Source: an uncultured Gammaproteobacteria bacterium (GTDB lineage Bacteria > Pseudomonadota > Gammaproteobacteria > Methylococcales > Methylomonadaceae). From it: a stretch of 64,000 nt of DNA. The translations under genes and the position numbers were made by a program. Of this stretch, positions 52,353 to 60,966 are shown piece by piece. The number at the start of each line of letters is the position of its first letter. Positions within the stretch are counted from its first letter, which is position 1. The notes beneath the pieces were generated by a model, which saw nothing but the letters and a program-made list of their open reading frames with translations, ran no database searches and had not been told where the DNA came from. The stretch is taken from the NCBI GenBank assembly GCA_965365945.1, contig CBDUDP010000009.1, positions 21,331 to 85,330 on the forward strand, read 5' to 3'.

Positions 52353-53210
52353 TTAAATACCCAGCATTTTTCGAGCTATTAAAAACTTTAATTTTTGCAA
52401 AGGATTTCGGTTACCCAACCAAAGATAACCTTTTTTCAAACGATTCAGCCGAGCATCATAACAAGTATAATGTGGTATTGGTTTTAGCTCATTAGGATGC
52501 AAAATAGCTAAAATAGTTTGCGTTATTACCATACCTGTTGCTAGCTTACAGCCACTGGCAATACTGGGAGCCTGTCTTTTATTTAAATCCACTGACGCTG
52601 GGTCTACATATTTCAAATGAAAACCTGCAGGAGCACAAGCTAAGGACATTTTTAATACTTGCAGTGCTGGAGGCGCGCTGTAGTCAAGATCAAAATAATC
52701 ATCAAAAGACATCCCATCAGTCGTATAGACCAGCATTCCTATACCAAATCCTAGCGGGACACCAAAAATAGCTGGTATACCTTTTTCCATACAAGCATTA
52801 ATAATCAAACGGTGAACTTCGATTTCAAAAAACTCAACCGCATCAACAAAAACATCCACACCCTCTAAAAAATCATCAACATTATCTTTATTAACCCCTT
52901 CACCATAACTTTTTATATTTGCCTCGGGGTTAATATCTAGAGCTAACTCCCCCATCACATCCATTTTTTGACGACCCACAGACGACATAGTCGCGCCATA
53001 CTGCCGATTAAAGTTACCCACCTCAAAGTCATCAAAATCTGATATTTTAAAGTTACCAATCCCTGCTCTAGCCAGTGTTATTAAGTAATCCCCACCCACT
53101 CCACCCATACCAGCAATAGCAACTGTCGACTTTCTTAACACCTGCTGCTGATCATGACTAACTATGCCGTGGTTTCTTGAAAAAGCCAGTTTGTAATCGA
53201 ATTGTGTCAT
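52353..53210 (-). CDS. ThiF/E1-like adenylyltransferase (FeeI-like)
   Basis: AFSRNHG, VAIAGMGGVGG, DFDDFEVGNFNRQ and GNRNPLQKLK tail. Confidence 0.88.
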   Translation of the reverse strand: MTQFDYKLAFSRNHGIVSHDQQQVLRKSTVAIAGMGGVGGDYLITLARAGIGNFKISDFDDFEVGNFNRQYGATMSSVGRQKMDVMGELALDINPEANIKSYGEGVNKDNVDDFLEGVDVFVDAVEFFEIEVHRLIINACMEKGIPAIFGVPLGFGIGMLVYTTDGMSFDDYFDLDYSAPPALQVLKMSLACAPAGFHLKYVDPASVDLNKRQAPSIASGCKLATGMVITQTILAILHPNELKPIPHYTCYDARLNRLKKGYLWLGNRNPLQKLKFLIARKMLGI

Positions 53211-53396
53211 TGTATTACCTTATATTATTGTCATTGCTTCAACTATTTTTATTACTTGATTATTTCACTTACGAGCTGCTCATGATGCCTTAAGAACAAC
53301 CATACAATAAGTAAAAAATACCTTAGGTAAATATAGCCAATTAGCTCTTTAATAACAATTAATTTTTACCTCTAACGGCTAACATCATTAGTAAAC

Positions 53397-53511
53397 ATCA
53401 AAAACTCGGCCGCAAGCGACCGAGTTTGGCAAAGCCAGAGCTGATTTGACTTGAAAACCATTGGTTTTCAAGCTTTCCGACTAATGTGCCGGAGGCAAGC
53501 CTCCGAGTTTT
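53397..53511 (+). repeat. copy 2 (full) of the structured repeat: terminal IRs and three hairpins
   Basis: Ends AAAAACTCGG...CCGAGTTTTT; internal TTGAAAACCA-T-TGGTTTTCAA and GGAGGC-AA-GCCTCC. Confidence 0.82.
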
Positions 53512-53598
53512 TCTTCGCGATAAAAACAAGTAATACCTCATTTTTCTTTTGGAACTCATACAGCCATTTATCAGTAAAGCAAGCTATAATGAAACCCA

Positions 53599-53637
53599 AT
53601 TACCCACATTCTTAGCTATACTAAGAATGTGGGTAAT
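53599..53637. repeat. perfect 17-bp-arm palindrome
   Basis: ATTACCCACATTCTTAG-CTATA-CTAAGAATGTGGGTAAT. Confidence 0.8.
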
Positions 53638-53764
53638 CAGGCGATGAAAACCCATCATTCTCTTCACTTATATTTTTATCTCCAGCAATTGATAATTGCT
53701 TTTTTCCGCTTTGTAATCATTCATTGACCCTAGGGCTATAGGGAAAATCCATTAAAAAATCTCT

Positions 53765-54112
53765 CTACCTATCCAAATACCCTACTTGTAACCACGGAAT
53801 TTTAGTCCATATCAAATAATGCACGTAATCTAAGATTTCATCGTAATGCTCTTTAATCGCTGCAAACAGCGAGGAACAAACCCAAAGAGATTTAAAAAAA
53901 TTGGCTGCAAGCAGGTCGAGCCTTAAAGCCATAAGTTGTCTCAGCCTACTTTTCTTCTTCTCATGCTCTTTAAACTGACCTTGAACACTAACTGCTAGCA
54001 TTCCCTGCGACTTACCAACCGATAAACATGACCTGTACTCCCCAGTAACTTCATAACCTAGATAACTTACAATAAAAAACCATTGCAAGCTATCTAGGTC
54101 GAGGCAAGTCAC
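53765..54112 (-). pseudogene. unassigned ORF or gene relic
   Basis: 115-codon open frame with a GTG start; no clear RBS and no recognisable motif. Confidence 0.2.
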
Positions 54113-54277
54113 CCGAGATTTATGCTATAGAGTTAAACGAGATTTTGTCACAGATACCCGACACCTTACCAAAATAAATAATTCTCATTACATTCCAACC
54201 AATTACTATGTTAAATAACATTTTTACCTCATTAAACTCCAGAATCATCCTCTCATCTACTGCCTACTTCATATATC

Positions 54278-54295
54278 TGTCGTGTAAATATGACA
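54278..54295. promoter_or_regulatory. TGTC-N10-GACA dyad, candidate enhancer
   Basis: TGTCGTGTAAATATGACA, about 100 bp upstream of the sigma-54 site; a second TGTC-N10-GACA lies at 54146-54163. Confidence 0.45.
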
Positions 54296-54391
54296 ATTTA
54301 TTCAAATAAAATCACCTTTTATAATAGATACTCCCTTTAAAAAAGAACGCCCTCCTTATATTTAAAAGCACCTAGCATTACTTATCATAAG

Positions 54392-54407
54392 TGGCATACC
54401 AATTGCT
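54392..54407 (+). promoter_or_regulatory. sigma-54 promoter of the second acyltransferase
   Basis: TGGCATACCAATTGCT, near-consensus -24/-12, 33 bp before an ATG with a GGAG RBS. Confidence 0.82.
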
Positions 54408-54440
54408 TGATATATAACAAATACTTCAGAGGAGACGTAG

Positions 54441-55292
54441 ATGTTACCAAATTTAGCTTTTAACCCAGTAAAAATACAACCTATAGCCGGATTACATTCT
54501 CAACCTCAAACTGTGAATATACTGAAAGATGGCGTTCGTTTTGCCGAAACCAAGGCTGAGCTTCGCGCATCTTATCAATTACGCCATAAGATCTATGTTG
54601 AGGGAATGAATAGATTTTCAGATAAAAGCAATCACGAGCTAAAAGAACTACAAGACGAGCATGATAAAAATGCCCGCGCGATTGTTGCAATTAAAAAAAA
54701 TAAACCAATTGGTACTTTACGAATTTTCTGGGGTGGAGATACTAATTTTACTCAAGAACACGAAAAAACGTATCACATTTCAAAATTCACCTCATTATTG
54801 CAAGCAAAGAAAATTTGTATAGTTGAACGATTAATGGTTGAAAATAACGCTCGAGGATCCTTAACTATTTTACGGATGTATCAGGAAGTTATGAATTTTG
54901 TTCTTAAGAACAGGGTTGAGGTCGTATTACTTAATTGCGAACAACACCATATGAATTCTTACCTAAAACTAGGGTTTCGTCCTTTTGCTCAGCAAACTAT
55001 GTATCCAGGTATTGGCCCAGTAACACCAATGGCTCTTGTTGTCGGTGACTACAAATACCTTCAGTCTATAGGCTCTTCATTTTCCCAATTAATTAATGAA
55101 GAAAACTTAAACCACTGCCATCATGTTGAAAGCCTTAAAAAGATAATTGACCACGATACAAAATCTGACTCAAAATCAAGTTCAGATAAAAATACGATCG
55201 TTAGTAATTTTTGTGCAGCTCGTCAAAAGTTATTGGCAAAAAGAACCAATATATCTGACTCGAAATTAAGAATGAAATTAAGCGTCTGCTAA
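54441..55292 (+). CDS. FeeM-type N-acyl amino acid synthase paralog lacking the cNMP domain
   Basis: DGVRFAET..ELRASYQLR, IGTLRIFWGGDT, ICIVERLMV and NSYLKLGFRPF shared with 48333-49475. Confidence 0.82.
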   Translation: MLPNLAFNPVKIQPIAGLHSQPQTVNILKDGVRFAETKAELRASYQLRHKIYVEGMNRFSDKSNHELKELQDEHDKNARAIVAIKKNKPIGTLRIFWGGDTNFTQEHEKTYHISKFTSLLQAKKICIVERLMVENNARGSLTILRMYQEVMNFVLKNRVEVVLLNCEQHHMNSYLKLGFRPFAQQTMYPGIGPVTPMALVVGDYKYLQSIGSSFSQLINEENLNHCHHVESLKKIIDHDTKSDSKSSSDKNTIVSNFCAARQKLLAKRTNISDSKLRMKLSVC

Positions 55293-55499
55293 ATGATTTA
55301 TACTTCCTTTCAAGTGATCATCAATTAATACTTACTGTTCTATTTCGGTAAGCCGAGCATAACCGAAATTTAACCCCTGAAATATCACTCAATTCGGCAC
55401 TTAACGATGACATAGCCGTCCTTTTGGCTATGTCATCGTTAAGTGCTGAAAAATTTATTAAGTAATTACCCCCCCCCCCTCAATTCTCCTTTACCAAGG

Positions 55500-55701
55500 C
55501 ATAGGTACCCACACATCTTTTGGTGAGAAAAAACACCCTGTAGGATGGGTAGAGCTATGTGCCTATCTTTTTAGGCATATAGTGAAACCCATCACAATGT
55601 GCATAAAGTGATGGGTTTCGCAAGAAGACACTCTACCCAAGTCATTGAAAGTATATATTAAAATTAATTTCTTGTAGGCCTTGTTTGTGTAGATACCTAT
55701 G
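55500..55701. mobile_element. nested ~200-bp MITE
   Basis: TIR CATAGGTAYCYACACA (14/16); TTACCAAG direct repeats at 55491-98 and 55702-09. Confidence 0.6.
55540..55639. repeat. GTAG REP doublet inside the nested MITE
   Basis: GTAGGATGGGTAGAGC...GAAACCCATCAC-N12-GTGATGGGTTTC...CTCTACCCA. Confidence 0.75.
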
Positions 55702-55798
55702 TTACCAAGAGGGAAGACTTAAGAGCTAACTTAAATCTACACTTAACGATGACATGGCCGTCCTTTTTGACTTATTTCTATAACTTCAATACCTATGA

Positions 55799-56272
55799 CT
55801 ATAAATATTTTTCAATATCATGAACTTTAAGCCCCCAAGCCATAAGGTGCTCGACACGTTGATTAGCTTTATTTAAGCGAGTTACGGAAATCTCAAATAA
55901 ATTTTTATAAAAAAGATAGCCTAATACAGGGTGTGCATCTAAAAAAACACTCAGTTTTAAACCATCCACTTCGAAAACACAAGAATCCGTTACCGCAATA
56001 ACTGTTGCTATGCGCGGGCTGGATTCATGCAGGCACGTCTCACCAAAAATACTGCCTTTTTCTAAGTCACAAATCCCTGTCTGCATATTTTTTTTATCAT
56101 CCAACTCTACATTCCCGGTCACCCGAAGTGCTCCCTCCTCAATAACAAACAGCGTTTCACCTAATTCACCTTGTTTAACGACCTGCTCATTAGCTTTAAA
56201 ATTATGTCGCTTCCAAGCAACACCTTCTTCAAATTGGGGATTTTCTAGGATTTCATGCAATATATTTTTCAA
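55799..56272 (-). CDS. stand-alone cyclic-nucleotide-binding domain protein
   Basis: VVKQGELG..LFVIEEG and FGE...SPRIATVIA; no HTH. Confidence 0.88.
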   Translation of the reverse strand: MKNILHEILENPQFEEGVAWKRHNFKANEQVVKQGELGETLFVIEEGALRVTGNVELDDKKNMQTGICDLEKGSIFGETCLHESSPRIATVIAVTDSCVFEVDGLKLSVFLDAHPVLGYLFYKNLFEISVTRLNKANQRVEHLMAWGLKVHDIEKYL

Positions 56273-56280
56273 AACAATAC

Positions 56281-57687
56281 CTACTGATGTGGAATACTGA
56301 CTGTGGATTCGGGAAATAAACGTTTAATTTCTGTTTGTAACTGCAATTTAGCGGATTGATCGCCATGCACCAATCTAATCTCTTTAGGTTTCTTGCGCAT
56401 GCCTTTAATAAAGCGCAATAAACCGGCTTGATCGGCATGCGCTGAATAGCCACTTAAGGTATAAACACCAGCATTAATAGTTAATCGCTGACCATCAAGT
56501 TCTATATAGCCATTTCTATTAGCATATTTTTGAATCTGACGACCCGTAGTACCGATCGCTTGATAGCCAACAAATAATATATCGGTACGCTGGTCTTCAA
56601 TCAAAGCTTTGAGATAGTTAACAATGCGCCCACCACTACACATACCACTGGCTGCAAGCACTATACAAGGACGCGCAGTTCTTTTTAAATAATCGATAGC
56701 ATTTAAATGATCTTGGTGGGTATTAATTGTCGTTAATTGCTCAAATGAAAGCGGGTGCCTACCTGCATTTATTTTTTTATTTGCTTCTTCATCCCAATAA
56801 GGGCGAAGTTTTTTATAAACTTCAGTGAATTTATTCGCTAAAGGTGAGTCGACAATGATTTCAAGATCATCCCAGTTTTTTGATTTTGCTACAGGCGATT
56901 GCTTAAAGTGATAAATAATATCTTCTAACTCGTAGAGTAATTCTTGTGTCCTACCAATACTAAAAGCAGGAATTAGAATAACACCGCTATTCGTAAAGCA
57001 TTTTTCTATCACTGATTTTAATTGTTTTCTTCTCGCTTTCCGGTTTTCATGATTTTTATCGCCATAAGTACTTTCTAGTACTAATATGTCTCCTTTATAG
57101 GGTGACTTTGGCGAAGGCAATAGCGGCGTATAAGAAGCACCTAAATCGCCCGAAAAAACAATACGCTGTTTATTAAAATCACATTCCACATAAGCTGAAC
57201 CTAAAATATGCCCCGCAGGCTGTAGTTTTATTCTGACTGCTTGTGAAGTATTAAGTAGAGGGATTGCCTGCCACTGCTTATATGGCAAGGCAACGATTCT
57301 AGTTTGAATAAGTGTCAGGAATTTTTCCACTAAGGCTTTATCTTTAGTAAAGCCAATTTTTATGGCATCTTCTAAAACCAGTGGCAGCAGTTGGGCGGTC
57401 GGTTCGGAGCAGTAGATTTTCCCTTTAAACCCAGCCGCTAATAAATAAGGGATTCGCCCTACATGATCAATATGGCAATGGGTAACAACCAAGGCCTGAA
57501 CTTGCTCGATAGGAAAATCGATTTTTAATTGCTCAAAATTAGAGCCATTAGGTGAGGTTTCGGCTCCCTGAAATAAGCCACAATCAATAAGTATTGAATT
57601 TTTAGCATTAAGATGTAACTCATGACAAGAGCCGGTTACGCCATTAACCGCGCCATGGTGAGCTATTTTTATAGAATTACCCTGCAA
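56281..57687 (-). CDS. metallo-beta-lactamase/beta-CASP hydrolase (RNA-processing type)
   Basis: HHGAVNGVTGSCH, THCHIDHVGR, GHILGSA, PAFSIGRTQE and YSAHADQ motifs. Confidence 0.9.
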   Translation of the reverse strand: MQGNSIKIAHHGAVNGVTGSCHELHLNAKNSILIDCGLFQGAETSPNGSNFEQLKIDFPIEQVQALVVTHCHIDHVGRIPYLLAAGFKGKIYCSEPTAQLLPLVLEDAIKIGFTKDKALVEKFLTLIQTRIVALPYKQWQAIPLLNTSQAVRIKLQPAGHILGSAYVECDFNKQRIVFSGDLGASYTPLLPSPKSPYKGDILVLESTYGDKNHENRKARRKQLKSVIEKCFTNSGVILIPAFSIGRTQELLYELEDIIYHFKQSPVAKSKNWDDLEIIVDSPLANKFTEVYKKLRPYWDEEANKKINAGRHPLSFEQLTTINTHQDHLNAIDYLKRTARPCIVLAASGMCSGGRIVNYLKALIEDQRTDILFVGYQAIGTTGRQIQKYANRNGYIELDGQRLTINAGVYTLSGYSAHADQAGLLRFIKGMRKKPKEIRLVHGDQSAKLQLQTEIKRLFPESTVSIPHQ

Positions 57688-59076
57688 TTACCTTGCTCCT
57701 CTGCCCCATAAAATCACTTCCACTGTCCCCAAAATAATCGAGAGATCTAAAAATAGACTAGAATTCTTTACATAATATAAGTCATATTCCAGCTTATTAA
57801 TGGTATCTTGTTCATTTGCTCCGTAAGGGTAACAAAGCTGCGCCCACCCTGTAATTCCTGGCTTGATTCGATGCCGTTCAGCATAAAAAGGAATTCTTTC
57901 TTCAAAGCCTTCAACGAATTCAGGCCGCTCAGGTCGAGGCCCAACAAAACTCATTTCACCCTTTAAGACATTAAATATTTGCGGCAATTCATCGATACGA
58001 CACTTCCTAATAAACCGCCCTACTCGTGTAATACGATCATCATTTTTTTGTGCCCATTGAGCGCCATTTTTCTCTGCATCTGTGCGCATACTACGAAATT
58101 TCATAACACCAAAGTGCTTATTTCCTTCTCCAACTCGAATTTGCCTATATAAAATGGGAGCTTTAACCCCACTTTCTATCATAATCGCCAGTGCTGTTAG
58201 CAACATAAAAGGCCAAGCAACAGCTAATAAACCAAGGCTCGCGACAATATCGACGACTCGTTTTATCGCAGATCTCAATCCACTAAAGTCAAAGCCATCA
58301 GAAAATAAAACCCAACTCAACGTTAACCCATCAAGATAAATCAAGCCTTGTTCACGCTCATAAAAGCTTAATAAATCCATAATTTGCACACCTAAAGCTT
58401 TACAATCCAACAAATCTTTCAGCGGCATAGCTTTACGCCGATCATCTATAGCAATAACAATTTCATCGATTTGATAGTCAATTACTATCTGAGCCAGTGT
58501 TTGCGTATTTGCTATTAATAATTTTTCATCAACAGCACTATTCTCTTCACCTACATCAAAAAAACCAACAATGCTAAAGCCTTTATGCACATACTGATTA
58601 TTGACATTATTTAATTGTTTGGCCTTTTCACCAGTACCTAGCACTAATACACGACGCAGTATCTTATCAAGGTTAACATATCGATAAAACAAATAACGAC
58701 TAGTCATCATGCCTAAAAATGCAAAAACAAGCGCATAAACAAACACACTACGCGCCATAAAGTATTTGGGGAATAAATAATAAATACTGACTGTAATAAT
58801 TGCGCCAATCAGAAAACTGATGCAGACACGTAAAACTAAATTATAATCTTCCCAATCAAGACTTCTTCTGTATAAACCTAACCCAATACAAGATAGATTT
58901 AAAGCTACCGAAAAAATAACACTGGCTTCAATAATATCTGTATCTGTATACCAAGAGGAAACAGTCAAAAATCGGATATCACTCCCTAAGTACATCGCGA
59001 GAAAAAAGAGTAGCCACTCGCCAATCATTAAGCCTAAATAGGCACTAGAAATATAATGTTTAAAAATCCTAATCAC
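57688..59076 (-). CDS. PEP-CTERM/XrtA-system priming sugar transferase (TIGR03013/WcaJ-like)
   Basis: MIRIFKHYI start, four TMs, FKFRSM-like GVMKFRSM, RIDELPQ..NVLKGEMSFVGPRPERP. Confidence 0.92.
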   Translation of the reverse strand: MIRIFKHYISSAYLGLMIGEWLLFFLAMYLGSDIRFLTVSSWYTDTDIIEASVIFSVALNLSCIGLGLYRRSLDWEDYNLVLRVCISFLIGAIITVSIYYLFPKYFMARSVFVYALVFAFLGMMTSRYLFYRYVNLDKILRRVLVLGTGEKAKQLNNVNNQYVHKGFSIVGFFDVGEENSAVDEKLLIANTQTLAQIVIDYQIDEIVIAIDDRRKAMPLKDLLDCKALGVQIMDLLSFYEREQGLIYLDGLTLSWVLFSDGFDFSGLRSAIKRVVDIVASLGLLAVAWPFMLLTALAIMIESGVKAPILYRQIRVGEGNKHFGVMKFRSMRTDAEKNGAQWAQKNDDRITRVGRFIRKCRIDELPQIFNVLKGEMSFVGPRPERPEFVEGFEERIPFYAERHRIKPGITGWAQLCYPYGANEQDTINKLEYDLYYVKNSSLFLDLSIILGTVEVILWGRGAR

Positions 59077-59107
59077 GTTTTTTCCCTTTATGTTCTCTGT
59101 AATACCG

Positions 59108-59893
59108 CTACAAACCTTTACTATTTAACAAATTTTTAACGTGCTCAATAGGAATTGCATAAGTAATGCCACTGGGCTTGGACAATATATTTTCCTTGCT
59201 TTCTTTAACGAATACTTTATTAATCACACCAATGACCTCACCTGTCTCTACACTATAAAGCGGACTACCGCTATTACCTGGGTAGGCTGTCGCATCTAAT
59301 TGAAATACATTATAAGGCTTTTGCAATCGCCTAATTAACTTCTTACTCAGTTTAGTTGAATTAAACATTGGGATTGCAACGGGGCTAATCGCTGAAATAA
59401 TCCCTCGATGTGTTACTGGGTATAAACCCAGTACCATGCCAATAGGATAGCCGGTAAAAGCATAAAGCTCACCCTCTCTTGCACTACTCACATCTCCCAA
59501 GGTTAAGGCCGGCAATACACCCTTTTTTAGTTTTAAAATCGCTATATCATGAACTTCATCAAGCGCTATACGCTCAACAATAGCCGCCTTAGGGTTATTA
59601 CCATTGGAAATAAAAATAGCCCATTGTTCCATTTTTTCATAGTCCAATAACTTTGTGACAACATGTGCATTTGTAACCACTAATTGACCATTACCAACCA
59701 CAAAACCAGTTCCTAAAAATACCCCTCGCGGACTACGAGAAGGCATAAACGTCCCAACGCCAACAATGCTAGGTTTAACTTTGTGTAAAGTTTCCGGTAG
59801 TGATTCTGCTTGTGAGCTTGTAACTAAGATAAAGCAAGCACAAAACACCCCAAGAAAGATTTTAACTAATTTCCGCACCCACCACATACACAT
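59108..59893 (-). CDS. exported trypsin-like serine protease without a PDZ domain
   Basis: Signal peptide; catalytic triad VTNAHVV, HDIAIL, GNSGSP. Confidence 0.9.
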   Translation of the reverse strand: MCMWWVRKLVKIFLGVFCACFILVTSSQAESLPETLHKVKPSIVGVGTFMPSRSPRGVFLGTGFVVGNGQLVVTNAHVVTKLLDYEKMEQWAIFISNGNNPKAAIVERIALDEVHDIAILKLKKGVLPALTLGDVSSAREGELYAFTGYPIGMVLGLYPVTHRGIISAISPVAIPMFNSTKLSKKLIRRLQKPYNVFQLDATAYPGNSGSPLYSVETGEVIGVINKVFVKESKENILSKPSGITYAIPIEHVKNLLNSKGL

Positions 59894-60167
59894 CTAATAC
59901 ACTCCCCCTATTACTTAAGCTGCACTAACTTATTCTCTATGCCTTTATTATTACCTTAAACTAATAAAAAAGCTTAACTCTTATAACAATTACCCGTTAA
60001 AATATAAAAAACTTAACAAGAAACATCTTAATTTACAAATTACACCAATGCAGTATTAATTAGACTTTCTTTTAGGTCCAAGCTCTCTCTTGCTAGGTAG
60101 AATTTTAGAATATCGTCCATCAATTTATACTAAGGAACAAGCACGAAATAACTTTTACATTATCAAA

Positions 60168-60220
60168 GGGATGCAAGTCTTTAGTCAGCACTTTAAAAAG
60201 CAGACTAAAGGTCCGCGCCC
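60168..60220. repeat. degenerate REP doublet
   Basis: ...TCTTTAGTCAGC-N9-GCAGACTAAAGGTCCGCGCCC, related to the 36470 element. Confidence 0.55.
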
Positions 60221-60285
60221 CAGAGTTATCTGGTGTTATTTTCTGCTCATTCCTAAGTAGTTACAATAAATAAAATGTAGTGTAG

Positions 60286-60966
60286 TTGATAAACCTTCAC
60301 TACCCCAGAAAATCAACTCTATTTAAATGGAATCTTATGACACACTCACCTGAAAAATCTAGCAATGTCGTTTGGCATCAATCAACAGTCAACAGAAAAC
60401 GCCGAGAAGAAAAAAACCAGCATAAATCAGCAGTTCTTTGGTTTACGGGCCTTTCTGGCTCAGGAAAATCTACGCTTGCTCACGCCGTGGAAGAACAACT
60501 CTATCAACTCGGCTTAAATACTTTTGTACTAGATGGCGACAATGTACGTCATGGACTCAACAAAGACCTCAGTTTTAGTAATACAGACCGTAAAGAGAAT
60601 ATTCGTCGTATTAGCGAAGCCGCAAAACTTATGCTGGAGGCTGGAATAATCACACTAACCGCTTTTATTTCACCTTTCAGAGAGGAGCGCACCATGGCCA
60701 GAAGTCTTATGCCACATGGTGATTTTCTTGAAATCCACTGTTACTGTCCGCTAGAAGTCTGCGAAACGAGAGATGTAAAAGGACTGTATAAAAAAGCACG
60801 TAATGGAGAGATTAAAGATTTCACAGGCATCTCATCGCCTTATGAAGCGCCAACTAACCCTGAATTAAAAATTGATACTCACGCGCTATCTCTCGAAGAA
60901 AGCGTACAAAAAGTTATATCTCTGTTACGTGCTCGTCATATACTACCTAACACAGAAGAAAAATAA
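60286..60966 (+). CDS. cysC: adenylyl-sulfate kinase
   Basis: [33 protein letters not shown] and FTGISSPYE motifs; true start probably ATG 60337. Confidence 0.96.
   Translation: MINLHYPRKSTLFKWNLMTHSPEKSSNVVWHQSTVNRKRREEKNQHKSAVLWFTGLSGSGKSTLAHAVEEQLYQLGLNTFVLDGDNVRHGLNKDLSFSNTDRKENIRRISEAAKLMLEAGIITLTAFISPFREERTMARSLMPHGDFLEIHCYCPLEVCETRDVKGLYKKARNGEIKDFTGISSPYEAPTNPELKIDTHALSLEESVQKVISLLRARHILPNTEEK

Larger units (their letters stand above)
55426..55759. mobile_element. 334-bp IS1595-type MITE
   Basis: 20-bp TIRs (19/20); flanking GTCCTTTT direct repeats at 55418-25 and 55760-67; right TIR matches the IS1595 end at 50732-50750 at 18/19. Confidence 0.7.

Noticed and set aside
53397-53480. 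Resemblance to a c-di-GMP-I riboswitch (hairpin followed by GCAAAGCC)
   Set aside because: It lacks the GGCAAAC start, GNRA tetraloop/receptor geometry and closing P1 strand. It is antisense to thiF and has terminal IRs more typical of a DNA repeat. An Infernal scan would settle it.
55799-56272. Free cNMP protein as the split-off C-terminus of the second synthase
   Set aside because: It is on the opposite strand and shows only generic cNMP-fold similarity to the fused domain of the 48.3-kb paralog.
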